Source: Albugo candida
Taxonomy: Eukaryota
Direction: 5' to 3'
Assembly: GCA_040437565.1 (NCBI GenBank)
Contig: JBDOQK010000026.1
Location: forward strand, 186,001-250,000
DNA length: 64,000 bases
Shown: piece after piece, positions 62,140 to 64,000 of the stretch
Layout of the letters: the number at the start of each line of letters is the position of its first letter
Numbering within the stretch: position 1 is the stretch's first letter
Position numbers and translations under genes: made by a program
Notes under the pieces: model-generated
Database searches by the model: none
Told to the model about the DNA's origin: nothing
Seen by the model: only the letters and a program-made list of their open reading frames with translations

Positions 62140-63725
62140 ATGCTGGGGATACAAGTAGGTCAATGCGGCAACCAAATTGGCAATGCTTTATACGACGAGC
62201 TGAGCATCCGAAACGCTCTTAGTTCCACCGATCCGAACAATACATCGCGCATGAGCGAATCAGCTTTTTTCAGAGCCGACAAAGAGCGATACATAGCGCG
62301 CGCTCTGCTGATTGATATGGAGCCAAAAGTGGTTTTGCAGTGTCTCTCACAGAAGGTTGGGCAGTGTTGGCGCTACGACTCACACAACGCGCTCTATCAG
62401 CAAAGCGGATCCGGGAACAATTGGGCACACGGTTACTTTGAACATGGACATAAAATAGAGGCNNNNNNNNNNNNNNNNNNNNNNNNNNNNNNNNNNNNNN
62501 NNNNNNNNNNNNNNNNNNNNNNNNNNNNNNNNNNNNNNNNNNNNNNNNNNNNNNNNNNNNNNGTTTCAAGAATGTTTGCGAAAGGTTGGCCAACTTCCTT
62601 ATGATTCGCCTATTCATAAATTGTCGATAAGTAGGAAGCAGAGCAATGTGATCGTCTACAGGGATTTTTGACTTTGCAGAGTGCAGCTGGCGGAACTGGT
62701 TCAGGACTGGGCTCTTTTTTGACCCAAAGCATCGTCGATGATTTCTCGAAAAAAAGTATTTTAAGTACTGTTATTTGGCCGTATACTTCTGGAGAGGTCG
62801 TAGTTCAGAATTATAATACATTACTGACGATCTCCAGTCTCGCGCAATTGGTTGATGGAATTCTCGTTATGGAGAATGACACCGCTCATGCCATTTGTCG
62901 GAAGCTTTTGCGCCGACAGAGGCCTTCATTGCGCGATCTAAATCAGCTTGTAGCTAATCAACTCGCTTCTGCACTGCTTCCAACTACATCATCACACCAT
63001 TCGGTAATCACCGACATTTTCGGGCATCTTTGCACACATCCTGTAAGTCCAGCGATTGTTTTTGTCTTATCAAAGCTGCTTACATTTCTGAGTAGGCGTA
63101 CAAGCTGCTTCACCTGAGCTCGGCACCTCACGTAGCTCAGGAATCTAAAGCTTTCAGTACGCACACGTGGGACGGATTGCTTCGAGATTTGTTCCAGGCA
63201 AGGCTGTCATTAAACAAAATAATCACTAACGCGTTTTTGATGCAGATGCATTACAAAAAAAGGACCGAAGAACCACCCCACATGACACATCCTATCATAG
63301 CGAGTTTGCTCTTTTTAAGAGGCAAAGACACTGGTACAGTCGATATAAGCAGCTTTGCCGATCCGCAATTGTGAGTAGTTGTGCCTTTGATTGCCAAGTG
63401 TATGATCCAAGTACGACAACAGATTCCCGAGCTGGAGAAGGCGTCCACTGCGAGCATTGACGGAAGTGACTTCAGCAGATGACAAAATGGCGACAATTTT
63501 GAGGTGAAGATTCGAGCATCTTCAAACAAATGCTACTGACAAGTATATCCTAGTAATTCCGGGAGTCTGATTCCCATTTTGGAATCGACATTGACCAAAG
63601 CATACGACATGTTTGATCATCAGGCTTATGTGCACCAATATCGGCGATCAGGAATGGATCCAGCGTTCTTTCGGGACAGCTTTCTGCATTGTGAGCAGAT
63701 TGTACACAGCTATAAAACGCTGTAA
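62140..63725 (+). CDS. TUBD1: Delta-tubulin; multi-exon (introns 62585-62634, 63043-63095, 63198-63245, 63371-63422, 63504-63553)
   Basis: QVGQCGNQIG, ARALLIDMEPKV, GSGNNWAHG and AGGTGSGLG are tubulin motifs. WPYTSGEVVVQNYN, LFLRGKD and AYVHQY are delta-type, and there is no acidic tail. Confidence 0.9.
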
Positions 63726-64000
63726 TGATGTCGAGTCTCATCTTCTGCGTTGCTGCTTTGGGCTNNNNNNNNNNNNNNNNNNNNNNNNNNNNNNNNNNNN
63801 NNNNNNNNNNNNNNNNNNNNNNNNNNNNNNNNNNNNNNNNNNNNNNNNNNNNNNNNNNNNNNNNTCTGATTCCCATTTTGGAATCGACATTGACCAAAGC
63901 ATACGACATGTTTGATCATCAGGCTTATGTGCACCAATATCGGCGATCAGGAATGGATCCAGCGTTCTTTCGGGACAGCTTTCTGCATTGTGAGCAGATT

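Noticed and set aside
63865..64000. Second delta-tubulin 3' exon
   Set aside because: Duplicate of the sequence from 63567 immediately after an N gap; assembly overlap.

Overview
Eukaryotic draft scaffold, most likely an oomycete; the compact gene spacing, 47-76 nt introns and oomycete-type gene families suggest Albugo, but this is inference. Two gene-dense blocks flank a gene-poor, transposon-rich interval (~20.8-43.2 kb). The left block (1-20.8 kb) encodes a PH-AGC kinase, a START-like/FYVE-like protein, a Gfo/Idh/MocA dehydrogenase, an M13 peptidase, mitochondrial GatC, a SulP-STAS-cNMP transporter, a SAM-FN3-TM-FN3-Zn-finger protein and an 'RCFPHCCP'-family protein. The right block (43.2-64 kb) encodes NOSIP, a DGAT2 with a long N-terminal membrane region, a C2-DUF1765-PH protein, a ~2080-aa CCDC162-like protein, the QCR6 hinge protein, a small two-TM protein and delta-tubulin. 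The middle holds two decayed Ty1/copia elements, one with both LTRs and a TSD and nested in-frame within a Ty3/gypsy gag. It also holds several gypsy remnants, a foldback/MITE-like element and hAT-like ends. Many 100-N gaps have duplicated flanks, indicating uncollapsed overlaps or alleles. I found no convincing novel multi-gene system. The most interesting items are unusual domain architectures (STIM-like SAM membrane protein, DGAT2 fusion, PH-SnoaL-like-kinase), spliced genes missed by the ORF track, and the nested-TE structure.
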